From NCBI GenBank assembly GCA_900319925.1, contig ONQE01000026.1, positions 1 to 57,924 of the forward strand: a DNA stretch of 57,924 nt, in the 5' to 3' direction. The position numbers were made by a program, and so were the translations under genes. Positions 36,385 to 46,605 of the stretch are shown piece by piece. Source of the stretch: an uncultured Bacteroidales bacterium. Its GTDB lineage: Bacteria; Bacteroidota; Bacteroidia; Bacteroidales; WCHB1-69. Below the pieces are notes generated by a model, which was not told the origin of the DNA, ran no database searches, and saw only the letters and a program-made list of their open reading frames with translations. Within the stretch, counting starts at the first letter, position 1. The number at the start of each line of letters is the position of its first letter.

Positions 36385-36458
36385 TGGCGGGATCGAGAGT
36401 TGAACTCGAGACCTCCGGGTTATGAATCCGACGCTCTAACCAACTGAGCTACCCCGCC
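36385..36458 (-). tRNA. tRNA-Met (CAT)
   Basis: GGCGGGGTAGCTCAGTTGGTTAGAGCGTCGGATTCATAACCCGGAGGTCTCGAGTTCAACTCTCGATCCCGCCA folds as a cloverleaf with anticodon CAT; followed by a terminator hairpin (~36349-36383). Confidence 0.93.
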
Positions 36459-36643
36459 TTTTTTTGAGGTTGCAAAAGTACACTTTTTTTTGATTCTACG
36501 ACATGGCTTTGATTTTTTTTATAACATCCTTGGATAGTGATGTTTACATTCTTTGGAAGGGAAGATGGGACGACCTTGCCCATCCGATTTATCGTGGATT
36601 TGTCCTCGAGAATCGCAAAAATCGTATCTTTGCCGTCCATTTA

Positions 36644-38545
36644 ATGACGATGGCAACGGAGATTGATTACAGTGCGCGTGCGCACGAGGTGCTGAAGCAA
36701 TTCTGGGGTTACGACCGCTTCCGGCCGCTGCAGGAGGACATTATCCTGTCGGTGTTGGAGGGTCGAGACACCCTCGCGCTACTGCCTACGGGTGGCGGCA
36801 AGTCTATCTGTTTTCAGGTGCCGGCGATCGTGAAGGGCGGCCTCTGCGTGGTGGTTTCCCCGCTCATCGCCCTGATGAAGGATCAGGTGGAACATCTTCG
36901 GGATCGCCGCATCAAAGCCGGAGCCATCTTCTCTGGCATGCGGCAGAGCGAGATCCAGGCTACCATCGACAACTGCCTCTTCGACCCCGAGTACCGCTTC
37001 CTCTACGTCTCCCCGGAGCGTCTCCAGACCGAGAGTTTCAAGGTCAACTTCGCCCGTATGCCCGTCGCGATGATTGCCGTGGACGAGGCGCACTGCATCT
37101 CGCAGTGGGGCTACGACTTCCGGCCCCCGTACCTCGAGATTGCGCAGATCCGTAAAGTCTTTCCCAAGGCGCCGGTTCTCGCGCTCACCGCCACGGCCAC
37201 CCCGGAGGTGGTCAAGGATATCCAGGCACGGTTGGACTTCAAGACCGAGAATGTGTTCCAGAAGAGTTTCAAGCGGGGGAACTTGACCTACTTTGTGGTC
37301 AACGAGGAGGACAAGCTCAGCCGGATGTTGCGGATTATGGACCGCTACCCTGGCTCGGGCATCGTGTATGTGCGCAACCGCAGACGCACGGCGGAGACGG
37401 CCGAGTTCCTGCGCAACCACGGCATTGCCGCCGACCACTACCACGCCGGCCTCGACCCCCGCGAGCGCGACCGCAAACAGCAGCGCTGGATGAAGGGCGA
37501 AACCCGTGTGATGGTGGCGACCAATGCTTTCGGCATGGGCATCGACAAACCCGACGTGCGGTTCGTGGTTCACATCGACCTGCCCGACACCCTGGAGGCC
37601 TACTTCCAGGAGGCAGGGCGCGGCGGACGGGACGAGCAGCCCGCCGTCGCCATTCTGCTCTACGACCACAACGACATCGCCCAGCTCAAACGGAACTTTA
37701 CGTTCACCTTCCCCGAGCTCGACCGTGTGCGCGAGGTCTATCGCGAGCTGTGCCAGGGGTATCACATCGAGATTGGCAACGGACAGGGCAAAGTCTTCCC
37801 CTTCTCTATGGAAGAGCACGCCCGCACCGTGAAGATGAATGCCACCCAGTACTTCAGCGCTCTCAAGCTGCTGCAGAACATCGGTGTCATCCTCGTTTCC
37901 GAGCACCTGCGCGACAAATCGCAGTTGCAGTTCCGTCTCGACGGCGACCAGCTGCTGAGGTATCAGAAAGAAAAGCCGGAGTTTGAACCGCTTATCACCG
38001 CCATCTTGCGCTCCTACACCGGCGTTTTCACCCAATATACCGACATTGACGAGCAGATCCTCGCCAACCGGTTGGAAACCACGGAAGAAAGTGTCGTAGA
38101 GCAGCTTAAGACGTTGCGAGGCGAAAAGATTCTCTCGTATCAACCCTTGAGTAATATTCCGCTGTTGGTCTTCCTGAAGGACCGAATTGACGAAAGGTAT
38201 CTCTATTTCGACAAGAAGATCTACGATTTCAGGAAGGAGAAGGCGGAGGAACGGCTTGCGGCGGTGGAAAACTACGTGAAGACGGACAATGTGTGCCGGA
38301 GCCAGTTGCTGCTGCAGTATTTCGGGGAGTGGGACAGCACGCCTTGTGGCGGGTGCGATGTGTGCCGCCGCAATCGGATTCATCAGGTTCGCAACCGGGA
38401 TTTCGAGCGGATCTCCGAAGAGGTCAAAGCACTCGAGCGCCTTCAAAAGTCTCCGAAGGAGATTCTCGCCGAGTTGTCGAAGAGGTATGAGGAGCCGCAA
38501 ATCGTGTCGGTGATGCGTTGGCTGGCGGATGAAAATTTTCGATAA
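36644..38545 (+). CDS. recQ: RecQ family ATP-dependent DNA helicase
   Basis: LPTGGGKSICFQ, VDEAHCISQWGYDFRP, ALTATAT, ATNAFGMGIDK, YFQEAGRGGRD, Zn motif CR..YFGE..CG.CDVC; start re-called after a TATCTTTG promoter. Confidence 0.93.
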   Translation: MTMATEIDYSARAHEVLKQFWGYDRFRPLQEDIILSVLEGRDTLALLPTGGGKSICFQVPAIVKGGLCVVVSPLIALMKDQVEHLRDRRIKAGAIFSGMRQSEIQATIDNCLFDPEYRFLYVSPERLQTESFKVNFARMPVAMIAVDEAHCISQWGYDFRPPYLEIAQIRKVFPKAPVLALTATATPEVVKDIQARLDFKTENVFQKSFKRGNLTYFVVNEEDKLSRMLRIMDRYPGSGIVYVRNRRRTAETAEFLRNHGIAADHYHAGLDPRERDRKQQRWMKGETRVMVATNAFGMGIDKPDVRFVVHIDLPDTLEAYFQEAGRGGRDEQPAVAILLYDHNDIAQLKRNFTFTFPELDRVREVYRELCQGYHIEIGNGQGKVFPFSMEEHARTVKMNATQYFSALKLLQNIGVILVSEHLRDKSQLQFRLDGDQLLRYQKEKPEFEPLITAILRSYTGVFTQYTDIDEQILANRLETTEESVVEQLKTLRGEKILSYQPLSNIPLLVFLKDRIDERYLYFDKKIYDFRKEKAEERLAAVENYVKTDNVCRSQLLLQYFGEWDSTPCGGCDVCRRNRIHQVRNRDFERISEEVKALERLQKSPKEILAELSKRYEEPQIVSVMRWLADENFR

Positions 38546-38606
38546 AAAGTTTGCAACAATTGGGAGGGAATTTCGTTAGGGTAAAAAAAGAATAATACCA
38601 TATAAT

Positions 38607-40931
38607 ATGAAGAAAATATACACTTTTCTGGTTATCAATTTGTTAGCGATAATCTGTTTCGGCCAAGGTTATCAATATCAGGCGTGGAGGCCTGACATGA
38701 ACATGGGACCGCTGAACTTCAACACGTTGGGAGACGCGCAGCACCCCTACGCGCAGATGAAATACAGCAGTTCGTACCAAAATCCGAGTACGATCTGCAC
38801 AACCCCCCAGGGATCCGGCAACAACACCTCCCATGCTATCATCACCAGTAACACGCCCGATCCATGCCGTTGTTACACGATTAATAACGGTGCCAGCTAC
38901 ATCCATGAGAACTATATGCCGCCGTTGTGGAGCATGGACGGCAGTACCGATCACCAGGACACGGTCATCCGCATCGGCTGCGGATCCGAGACAAGCGTCT
39001 GTTACCACGCTGCACAGATAGAGTACTGGTTCTATCCTACGGACACCCTCAGCACGTTGTTGGTTATGTTCTCCTTCGCCATCCAGAATAAGACAGACGG
39101 TCATGGCGACGGAACCGGCTGCGGCTCCATCCGAAATCCGAAATTCTATATCGAAGTCTATGACGGCGAGACAGGCCAGCTGCTGAACCTCGGCTACTAT
39201 CCTACGAAAAACTCACAAAACACAGCCAACCCCGTGCCCAACACCAACTGGCCCTATTCCCGATTCTTGGCATGGCCAAGCGGATGCCAGGGCGGCAATG
39301 ACACGTGGAACCCGGCTAACGACTACGGCATCACCACCTACTATTGGAACGGGCAAAACAGCAACGGATACGCCACGCCCACCACATTCCCTTACCGCGA
39401 GTGCCCCTCCACACAGACCAGCGGTACCAGCGGCACATGGCCAGTCAAATGGTTCGAGTACAAACCCATAGCCTTCAACCTGAACGAACAGGCTTCTCAG
39501 AATGTGGACGCAGACGGGAACTTCGTTGCCAACAAGTCCGTGAAACTGCGCATATACACGAACGGTTGCAGTGCCACCGCGCACTGGGCCTACGGACTTT
39601 TCACCGCCAAGATGATTCCCGGCGTGATGCAGGTGGACGCCTGTGGTGACGAAGACATCCACCTCTCCGTGCCTGCCGGCTTTATCCCGGACACCTACGT
39701 GTGGCATTATGGCTACGATTCCGCAGATGCTGCGACTCACTTTTGGGATTTCACAGCGGATCCGGTGCCCGGAGTCACGCCTGAGGGACTGACAGGTGTA
39801 TACCTCAACCGTAATCTGACCCAAATCTACCCCTACTACCGTTGCGAAATGATATCCTTCACGGGTGCCCCCTTTATCTATGAGGCGCACGTCAAATCCT
39901 ATTATGTCATACCAGAGTTCCGTTACGAGCAGAGTTTCGATAATTGCGACCTTACCGTCAATTTCTATGACTCCAGTACCATATATGTCATGACTCCGCC
40001 CACGATTCCCCCATCCCAGGGCGGCACATACGACACCGTCATCCAACCCACCCAACATATCCAATGGTGGGTGAAACGTTACGGCAATTTCATCCCGTTC
40101 GGGAACCTCAACCAACTTGACCCCGTACACACGTTCATAGACGGGGAGTATGACGAGAACGGCATCGCCACCATTAAAATCGCCATCTCCGATTCTGCCA
40201 GGAAGTGCTTCGACACGTTGGTTAAGACGATTCAGCTTGACTTGTCGGCTATTGAAAACTCGTTCGGGAGCGACACCATCTACACTTGTGAAGAAAAGCT
40301 GCCGTACGTCTTTGACCCCGAGTATTTCGGGGATACCCAGACATGGTCAACCGAAGGCACAAGGCGCGTCACGTATGAGGGAAGGGCGTGGAACGGCTGC
40401 GACAGTCTTGCTGACATCACCCTGATTATCCGTAAGCCCAAAGTCTCCATCGTGTTCGACCTTGACTACTGCGATGAGTTCACCACTACGCTGTCGGCGA
40501 TGACGGATAGTGAGGTGGCCGAGTACAAGTGGAACACGGGAGAGACCACTCCGAACATTACCATCACCACACCGGGCAACTACTCGGTGGTGGTCGTCGA
40601 TGACGAAGGTTGCGTCTCCGACCCGCCCGGCACCATCAATATCCCGGCCTGCAAGCCGTTCCTCAACTTGGCCAACACCATCACGCCCAGCAATTTGGAC
40701 GGCATCAACGACTACTTCAGCATCCCGCAGAAGAACCTCATCCAGGAATTGGAGTTCACCGTCTATAACCGTAACGGTGAGATTGTCTATCATACGACCA
40801 ACAAGGACTTCCAGTGGAATGGCTCGGTGAACGGTAAAATCCTCAGCGGCGCCACCTACACCTATACGCTCTATATCGTTGATTACGAAGGCGTCTCCTC
40901 CAATCACAGGGGGTCGATTACGGTGCTTTAA
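38607..40931 (+). CDS. Secreted protein with gliding-motility-associated (T9SS type B / CHU_C) C-terminal domain
   Basis: Signal ending FGQ; C-terminus NTITPSNLDGINDYF..VYNRNG..WNG..GATYTY..GSITVL. Confidence 0.85.
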   Translation: MKKIYTFLVINLLAIICFGQGYQYQAWRPDMNMGPLNFNTLGDAQHPYAQMKYSSSYQNPSTICTTPQGSGNNTSHAIITSNTPDPCRCYTINNGASYIHENYMPPLWSMDGSTDHQDTVIRIGCGSETSVCYHAAQIEYWFYPTDTLSTLLVMFSFAIQNKTDGHGDGTGCGSIRNPKFYIEVYDGETGQLLNLGYYPTKNSQNTANPVPNTNWPYSRFLAWPSGCQGGNDTWNPANDYGITTYYWNGQNSNGYATPTTFPYRECPSTQTSGTSGTWPVKWFEYKPIAFNLNEQASQNVDADGNFVANKSVKLRIYTNGCSATAHWAYGLFTAKMIPGVMQVDACGDEDIHLSVPAGFIPDTYVWHYGYDSADAATHFWDFTADPVPGVTPEGLTGVYLNRNLTQIYPYYRCEMISFTGAPFIYEAHVKSYYVIPEFRYEQSFDNCDLTVNFYDSSTIYVMTPPTIPPSQGGTYDTVIQPTQHIQWWVKRYGNFIPFGNLNQLDPVHTFIDGEYDENGIATIKIAISDSARKCFDTLVKTIQLDLSAIENSFGSDTIYTCEEKLPYVFDPEYFGDTQTWSTEGTRRVTYEGRAWNGCDSLADITLIIRKPKVSIVFDLDYCDEFTTTLSAMTDSEVAEYKWNTGETTPNITITTPGNYSVVVVDDEGCVSDPPGTINIPACKPFLNLANTITPSNLDGINDYFSIPQKNLIQELEFTVYNRNGEIVYHTTNKDFQWNGSVNGKILSGATYTYTLYIVDYEGVSSNHRGSITVL

Positions 40932-41092
40932 GGTTTAAGGTTTAAGGGTTAAGGTTTAAGGGTTAAGGTTTAAGGGTTAAGGTTTAAGGGTTAAGGTTTA
41001 AGGGTTAAGGTTTAAGGGTTAAGGTTTAAGGGTTAAGGTTTAAGGGTTAAAGTCATAAGTCATACGTCACAAGTCATAAGTCATACGTCATA
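40932..41092. repeat. Compound tandem repeat: (GGTTTAAGGGTTAA)x8 then (A/C)GTCA(T/C)A x6
   Basis: Eight exact 14-mers at 40939-41050; six heptamers at 41051-41092. Confidence 0.95.
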
Positions 41093-41111
41093 AATCAAAA
41101 ATCAATATTCA

Positions 41112-42095
41112 ATGAGAAAATTTTTAGCATTTAGTATTATTATGATGGGTCTGCTGGGTATGCAGGCGCAGAATTCTATTCTTAACAGCGATTTCGAGCT
41201 GTGGTCATACGGGAAACCCGTGAATTGGACGGTGGACATCCATGGTTCGCTCACTGGTGTCATGAACATTCCGTTGGAGGTTCATTTCGGCGAGCAGACC
41301 TCGGATGCACACACTGGCAACTCCGCCATCAAGGTGGCGTCCGCCGATGCTACCAGTAGCGTCATCTCTTACACGATGAATCTGCCCGGTTTCCTTCAGG
41401 CCGGTGAGTCGGAAGGTTTCAGCGTTCCGTTTGAGGATGCCTTGGTCGTCTTCAATATGCTCCAGGACTCCGCTGGTATCGGCAATATTGTTGAGCAGCT
41501 TGACTCGCTTGACCTTTCCGCGCTGGCGACGTTCTTCAAAGTGTTTTCCAAAGGTGTCCCCTGCGAATCCACGCCGCATTCAGTTACGGCATGGGTGAAA
41601 TACCAACCCCAGGAGGGAGACCAGATGGCCTTGTTCATTATGACCAAGAAGAACGGAGAACTGGTGGATTATGCCTTCGATTTCTTTGCTCCGGAAAATC
41701 CGAACCAATACTACCAAATCGGTGTCAACTTCAACACTCCGGGAGCCGAATGCGACAGCATTATGGTCATCTTTACTTCCGCCACCCAGATGAACAGCAG
41801 CTCCGTGCTCTATGTCGATGATGTGGCACTCAATTACAACCCTGACGGTCTGGACAGCTACAACGAATTTCCTGGCAAGGTCTATCCCAATCCCGCCACC
41901 GACCGGATCTGCGTCCATCCCTACAATGCTCTCCCTTACGAGTGGACGCTGACCGATATGACGGGCAAGACAATCCAGGCCGGCAAGGCTGATGGCGACA
42001 TCACCATCGACACTCGTTATTGTGCCACAGGCCTTTACCTGTTGCGTCTTAACGGCGACGGAATCTCGGACACTCGCAAAGTCATGATTCGCTAA
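41112..42095 (+). CDS. Secreted PCMD/CBM-like domain protein with T9SS type A sorting domain
   Basis: Signal ending AQ; ILNSDFELW..DAHTGNSA..LYVDDV; C-terminal VYPNPATD..TGLYLLRL..RKVMIR. Confidence 0.8.
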   Translation: MRKFLAFSIIMMGLLGMQAQNSILNSDFELWSYGKPVNWTVDIHGSLTGVMNIPLEVHFGEQTSDAHTGNSAIKVASADATSSVISYTMNLPGFLQAGESEGFSVPFEDALVVFNMLQDSAGIGNIVEQLDSLDLSALATFFKVFSKGVPCESTPHSVTAWVKYQPQEGDQMALFIMTKKNGELVDYAFDFFAPENPNQYYQIGVNFNTPGAECDSIMVIFTSATQMNSSSVLYVDDVALNYNPDGLDSYNEFPGKVYPNPATDRICVHPYNALPYEWTLTDMTGKTIQAGKADGDITIDTRYCATGLYLLRLNGDGISDTRKVMIR

Positions 42096-43021
42096 TGCCG
42101 ATGGAGATCTGGCTTGCGCCCCTGCACGGGATTACCTCCCGTACGTTTCGAAACACCCTATCCCGTCATTTCGGCGGGATTGGTTTTTTTATGGCCCCCT
42201 TTCTGCCCGCACAAGACCTCGGCAAACTCAACAAACGGGTCTGGCAGGACATCTTTCCCGAGCTGAACATTGCTAAACCGCTTGTACCTCAGTTGATGGG
42301 CAATCGTCCGGAGCAGTTTGTGGACACGATGCGGATGCTCCACGATCAGTACGGTTACGAACGTTTCAACATCAACATCGGATGTCCGTCGTCTCCGGTG
42401 GTGCGCCATACGCGCGGTTGCGGGCTTATGCCGCATCCCGATAGAATAGAGGCCATCGTCAGGGAAATCACCACGAAAACGGACTTGCAGCTGTCATTGA
42501 AAATGCGCCTCGGACTGCACTCGGCCGATGAGGGTCGCGAGCTCCTCCGGCGGCTCAATGGCTACCCCCTCGACTTCCTCGTCATCCACCCGCGCCTCGG
42601 CGACGACCTCTATGAGGGTACACCGCACTGGGACCTGTTTGAGGAATGCTGTCGGCTTACCCAACATAAGATTGTCTATAGCGGGGATGTGTTCACTGTG
42701 GAGGACTACCGGCGGCTGTCGAAGCGTTTTCCGGATATGGCCGGATGGATGCTCGGTCGCGGCCTCTTGCGGAACCCGTTCTTGGCAGAGGAGATCCAGG
42801 GACTGCCTATAGGAGACAAACACACTCGCTTTCGTGCCTTCCACAAAGATTTGGTGACCGAACTGCTGCCCGTGCGTGGCGAATCCGGCACTTTAGCCAA
42901 CCTCAAGGAACTGTGGCACTATTTTGCGGAGTTCACGGGCATGACGGCAGAGGAATTACACCGATTGCTACGGATTCAAGACTTGCAGGCATTTTGCGGC
43001 GAAATAGACCGATATTGCTGA
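42095..43021 (+). CDS. tRNA-dihydrouridine synthase family protein
   Basis: LAPLHGIT, PQLMG, NINIGCPS, G.GL, KMRLG, IHPR, GD, MLGRG..NP. Confidence 0.92.
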   Translation: MPMEIWLAPLHGITSRTFRNTLSRHFGGIGFFMAPFLPAQDLGKLNKRVWQDIFPELNIAKPLVPQLMGNRPEQFVDTMRMLHDQYGYERFNINIGCPSSPVVRHTRGCGLMPHPDRIEAIVREITTKTDLQLSLKMRLGLHSADEGRELLRRLNGYPLDFLVIHPRLGDDLYEGTPHWDLFEECCRLTQHKIVYSGDVFTVEDYRRLSKRFPDMAGWMLGRGLLRNPFLAEEIQGLPIGDKHTRFRAFHKDLVTELLPVRGESGTLANLKELWHYFAEFTGMTAEELHRLLRIQDLQAFCGEIDRYC

Positions 43022-43116
43022 TTCGTCGTCGTTAGAAGCCTGTTTAAAAGCAATTGGGGTTGCCCGTTATCCAGAGTAGTAACGAGCAACCCCAATTATC
43101 CATTATCCATTATCTA

Positions 43117-46023
43117 TTACTTCACCAGCGTCACCGATCCGGTGTACTCCTTATCGTCACCGTTGAGGTTGACCAAGCGGATGATGAAGATGTAGACACC
43201 CTCGGGGCACATCTGGCCGTATTTGTTGCGGCCGTCCCAGTAGTCGTAGGGATTGCGGGTGCTGAAAATGAGTACACCGCTACGGTCGAAGATCTGCATC
43301 GAGTATTGGTCGGGATCGACACCCTCGCCGCTCGGCGCGAAGGTCTCGTTGATGCCGTCACCGTCGGGGGTGAACGCGTTGGGGATGTAGAAGAAGTAGG
43401 GCACCTCGACAGAGACCCTGGCTTTGGTGGAGTCCACGCAGCCGACGGAGTCGGTGGCCGTCAGCGTGATCGTGTAATAACCCGAGTGGGTGTAGTCGTG
43501 GGTCACTTCGCTGACGTTCTCCACTTCGTTGACGTTGGAGAAGATGTCGCCAAAGTTCCATTTCAGATGGTATTCGGCGGGAGAGAGGTCGGTGCAGGTG
43601 ACCGTTCCGATGTTGTTCTCCACGTAGATTTCAGTTGGGTCGGCCATGAACGACGGTGTGGGCAGTGGCAGCACATGGACGGTGAAGGTGTCGATGACCG
43701 TACAGTTACCCTCCATTGTGGCGGAAACTGTGTAAAGGGTGGTGACCTGCGGGGTGACCGTGATGGTGGCGCCGTTCTGTCCGTTGCTCCAGTGGAAGGA
43801 GTTGGAGGTGGGGTGCGAGGCCGTCAGCGTGGCCGGATAGCCTTGGCATACGCTGTCGGTGCCAGAGATTTGCGGCAGTTCCAACTCCGTGATTTTCACT
43901 CGCACGGTGTCCTTGTTGTCGCAGCGGTTACTGAATGTCACCGTCAGTGTGTAGGTGGTGCTTTCCAGCGGGTTCACCGTGACGGTCGCTGTGGTATCGC
44001 CAGTGCTCCAGAGGTAGGATTCCGGAAGAATGTCGGAATAACCCGTGAAAGTGGCCGACAGGGTGGCCGGGTCGCCCGGACAGATGAAGTTGTTGCCGAT
44101 GGAGGAGGCGAGGTGCACCTGGGGAACCTTCACGAGAATGGTGGTGGTGTCCATCAGGGTGAAGTGCTGCCCGGAGGCGTTGGTGAACTGATAGACGGAA
44201 ATGTATTTGGTGACGGGCTCGTTGGGCTTACTGACCGTAATCATCTTTTCGGTACTGTAGGGCGTTCCCATGGTGTCGTTCACGAACCAGCGCAAGGTGC
44301 CCATTTCATCCAACGGTGTGACGGGGGTGAAACGCCAGGCTTCTTCGTCGGCAGTCCAGCTGGTCATGCCGCGTCCCGGTGCAAGCAGAATTTGCGAAGA
44401 GGTGTTGTTTTGCAATCCTACGATACCCTCATGATTGGAGTTGTTGGTGGAGGCACAGCAATCCCTGTGTTTGATATACACATCAATGATATTTGTGCCC
44501 TCATAAATCACCATTTGGTAGGTGTTATAGTTGCTCGGGCTACTATGATGTCCGAAAAGTCCGACATTCAGGTAGTTGAACACGAACGCGCGACAAGGAG
44601 GGCTGCCTAACACGCCGGTACGGACCGCACCCATCGTATTATAACAATACGTGTTGAAGTATCCGCAGTCGATATCCTCATAAACACCGTAAATACAGTT
44701 CTTGTACTTAAAGGGAATAGCGGAATACGGCGGGGAAGTAGGCGGTTGGGGATAAGCGTACTCGCAGAAGCCGGACTGCGGGTTCATGGAAATCAGTCCG
44801 TTGGTGCCAGGATAGACGGTGGTGTAAGGTTTCCCGAAGAAGGTGAAGGTAAAGGGTAGTTGCACGCCGCTCTGCCAGTGGTCGTCGGAGTTGGCACCGA
44901 TATTCGTTCCTTCTGTGAACTCGAAGATATGCGATTCGAAGGGAATCTGTTTCACGGAGTAGTCGCTGGTGTATTGTCCGGTGGCGATAACGCCGGCCTT
45001 GAGCAGGATGATGGGAATGTCGCAGTCCCAAAGAATGGTCTTGTTTTCCGGGTCGAAGATGTCCGCGTAGAGGGAGTCCACATCGTTGGTCACCGAAGGG
45101 CAGGCACTGCCGTCGGGACTTTCGAAGAGTTCGGGCACGCAGGAGATCTCCGCCGCCCAGCCGGGCTTCTGCATATCGCCGTTCGCGCCCTTATAGACAA
45201 AAGAGAGCGCATTGCCGGTGGAGAAAAAGACGGGCGGCTTGTTGCCGGTCGTTGCGTCGAGTGTGGAGGTGCAGAACTGGCCGATGAGCCGTTTGTCGGG
45301 GTCATGGTATTGACCGTCCCAAATCTGCATCACGCCGTTCACGGAGAACTGGGAGAATTCGCATTTGACGTGGGTGCCCGCAGGGGAAATGAAATCGGCG
45401 AAGATGTCCGAGGCATAACCTTGCGTGGTGTAGTTGTTTGCATCGACGGAAGCGATGTTGCCGTTCGGGCCACCGGAGTCGTAAAAATAGCAGCTGCACG
45501 TCAAGGCACTGATGGTATTGTAATATTGCGGCCACTCATAGACCTCCGGGGTGGTGGAGTAGGCATAAACCTTGGCATGCCAGCCAGCCTGCAACCCCGG
45601 AATGTGCGAATTGTTGGAGTGGAACACGAAGGTCATCATGCGGTCGGAGGCGAACACCTCGCCCGGACTTTGCACTAGGTTGTAAACTCCGTAGAGCGGT
45701 GCGTTGACATTTGGACCGTCGAAGATCCAAAGCGTGTCACCGTCGTCCATGGCGAACTCCTCAAACAGAACGTAGAGGATGGTGCCCGTCATGTTGGTAC
45801 GCAGAGTCATCGTGTCGCGAAGGTTTTCGGCGAAAAAACCGTTCGGGTCCTGGTTGGCTCCCGGCTGTTCGGGAGAGCCGCCCGGATCATAGAAGTCGCG
45901 CACTTGGTCGTCGATATCGGACACTAATGGGGTGGAACCCATGATAATATTCTGACCTATAGCGTTTTGTGAGATACAAAACAATACTGTCAACAGTAAG
46001 GCTGCAAATAGTTTTTTCCTCAT
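43117..46023 (-). CDS. CUB- and PKD-domain secreted protein with T9SS type B C-terminal domain
   Basis: FYDPGG / FYDSGGP CUB starts, FVFHSN..GW.A, WNFGD..HDYTHSGYY PKD, YIPNAFTPDGDGINETF..WDG..GSVTLVK; start re-called at MRKKLF. Confidence 0.9.
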   Translation of the reverse strand: MRKKLFAALLLTVLFCISQNAIGQNIIMGSTPLVSDIDDQVRDFYDPGGSPEQPGANQDPNGFFAENLRDTMTLRTNMTGTILYVLFEEFAMDDGDTLWIFDGPNVNAPLYGVYNLVQSPGEVFASDRMMTFVFHSNNSHIPGLQAGWHAKVYAYSTTPEVYEWPQYYNTISALTCSCYFYDSGGPNGNIASVDANNYTTQGYASDIFADFISPAGTHVKCEFSQFSVNGVMQIWDGQYHDPDKRLIGQFCTSTLDATTGNKPPVFFSTGNALSFVYKGANGDMQKPGWAAEISCVPELFESPDGSACPSVTNDVDSLYADIFDPENKTILWDCDIPIILLKAGVIATGQYTSDYSVKQIPFESHIFEFTEGTNIGANSDDHWQSGVQLPFTFTFFGKPYTTVYPGTNGLISMNPQSGFCEYAYPQPPTSPPYSAIPFKYKNCIYGVYEDIDCGYFNTYCYNTMGAVRTGVLGSPPCRAFVFNYLNVGLFGHHSSPSNYNTYQMVIYEGTNIIDVYIKHRDCCASTNNSNHEGIVGLQNNTSSQILLAPGRGMTSWTADEEAWRFTPVTPLDEMGTLRWFVNDTMGTPYSTEKMITVSKPNEPVTKYISVYQFTNASGQHFTLMDTTTILVKVPQVHLASSIGNNFICPGDPATLSATFTGYSDILPESYLWSTGDTTATVTVNPLESTTYTLTVTFSNRCDNKDTVRVKITELELPQISGTDSVCQGYPATLTASHPTSNSFHWSNGQNGATITVTPQVTTLYTVSATMEGNCTVIDTFTVHVLPLPTPSFMADPTEIYVENNIGTVTCTDLSPAEYHLKWNFGDIFSNVNEVENVSEVTHDYTHSGYYTITLTATDSVGCVDSTKARVSVEVPYFFYIPNAFTPDGDGINETFAPSGEGVDPDQYSMQIFDRSGVLIFSTRNPYDYWDGRNKYGQMCPEGVYIFIIRLVNLNGDDKEYTGSVTLVK

Positions 46024-46088
46024 TGGCGTAGATTTTAACACGATAACGAAATGGGTGCGAATTTGTTGCAAAAAAAATGCGGGCTTGG

Positions 46089-46303
46089 TCACTTTCGGAC
46101 AACTTTTGTAGTGGCGTTGCCGGATTTCAGAAGATAAGTGCCTGCGGGCAGTCGGGGCCGCCGGAGTCGTAGAACAGGGCGTTGCAGGTTTCGACGGAGA
46201 TCAATGTGTCGCCTGATGGCCAGCAAACTGTCTGTGCAATAGTGGATTGGGTAGAGACCAAGGTGGCCATAAACAGGAAAAAGAGGATGTGATGGATTCG
46301 CAT
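46089..46303 (-). pseudogene. Collapsed remnant of a T9SS-secreted CUB-domain gene
   Basis: MRIHHILFFLFMATLVSTQSTIAQ..TCNALFYDSGGPDCP joins out of frame to (RL)PAGTYLLKSGNATTKVVRK*, a typical T9SS-A tail; promoter-like TATTTTTG upstream. Confidence 0.7.
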
Positions 46304-46392
46304 AATCGATATTTTTTAGACTGCAAAAATAAAAAAAATCAAGATGTCTTTTTATTTCAAAAAAAGTGTATTTTTGCACCCGCAAAACGGAA

Positions 46393-46465
46393 CGGGGTGT
46401 GGCGCAGTTGGTAGCGCGCTACGTTCGGGACGTAGAGGCCGGAAGTTCGAGTCTTCTCACCCCGA
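46393..46465 (+). tRNA. tRNA-Pro (CGG)
   Basis: CGGGGTGTGGCGCAGTTGGTAGCGCGCTACGTTCGGGACGTAGAGGCCGGAAGTTCGAGTCTTCTCACCCCGA; promoter TATTTTTG upstream. Confidence 0.95.
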
Positions 46466-46475
46466 CACCAACAAG

Positions 46476-46503
46476 GTAGAGACGCAAATTTATGCGTCTC
46501 TAT
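46476..46503. repeat. GTAG-type REP-like palindrome / tRNA terminator
   Basis: gtagagacgca-aattta-tgcgtctctat. Confidence 0.7.
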
Positions 46504-46555
46504 TTTATTTTGCTTCTCCACTTTCGCTTTAAGTATTATAGTACATATAATAAAA

Positions 46556-46586
46556 CCACGGGGATTGTCAAAGACAGTCCCCGTGG
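46556..46586. terminator. Terminator hairpin downstream of mmdB
   Basis: ccacggggattgtc-aaa-gacagtccccgtgg. Confidence 0.75.
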
Positions 46587-46605
46587 CTTAACTACTAACT
46601 GATAA

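Noticed and set aside
36779-38500. Long antisense ORFs (573 aa here; also 19197-20465, 43054-44610, 49446-50825, 53436-54545)
   Set aside because: Shadow frames of high-GC3 genes on the opposite strand, with no recognisable motifs.
36385-46470. tRNA-Met and tRNA-Pro as island integration sites
   Set aside because: No duplicated tRNA 3' ends or adjacent integrase seen in the window.
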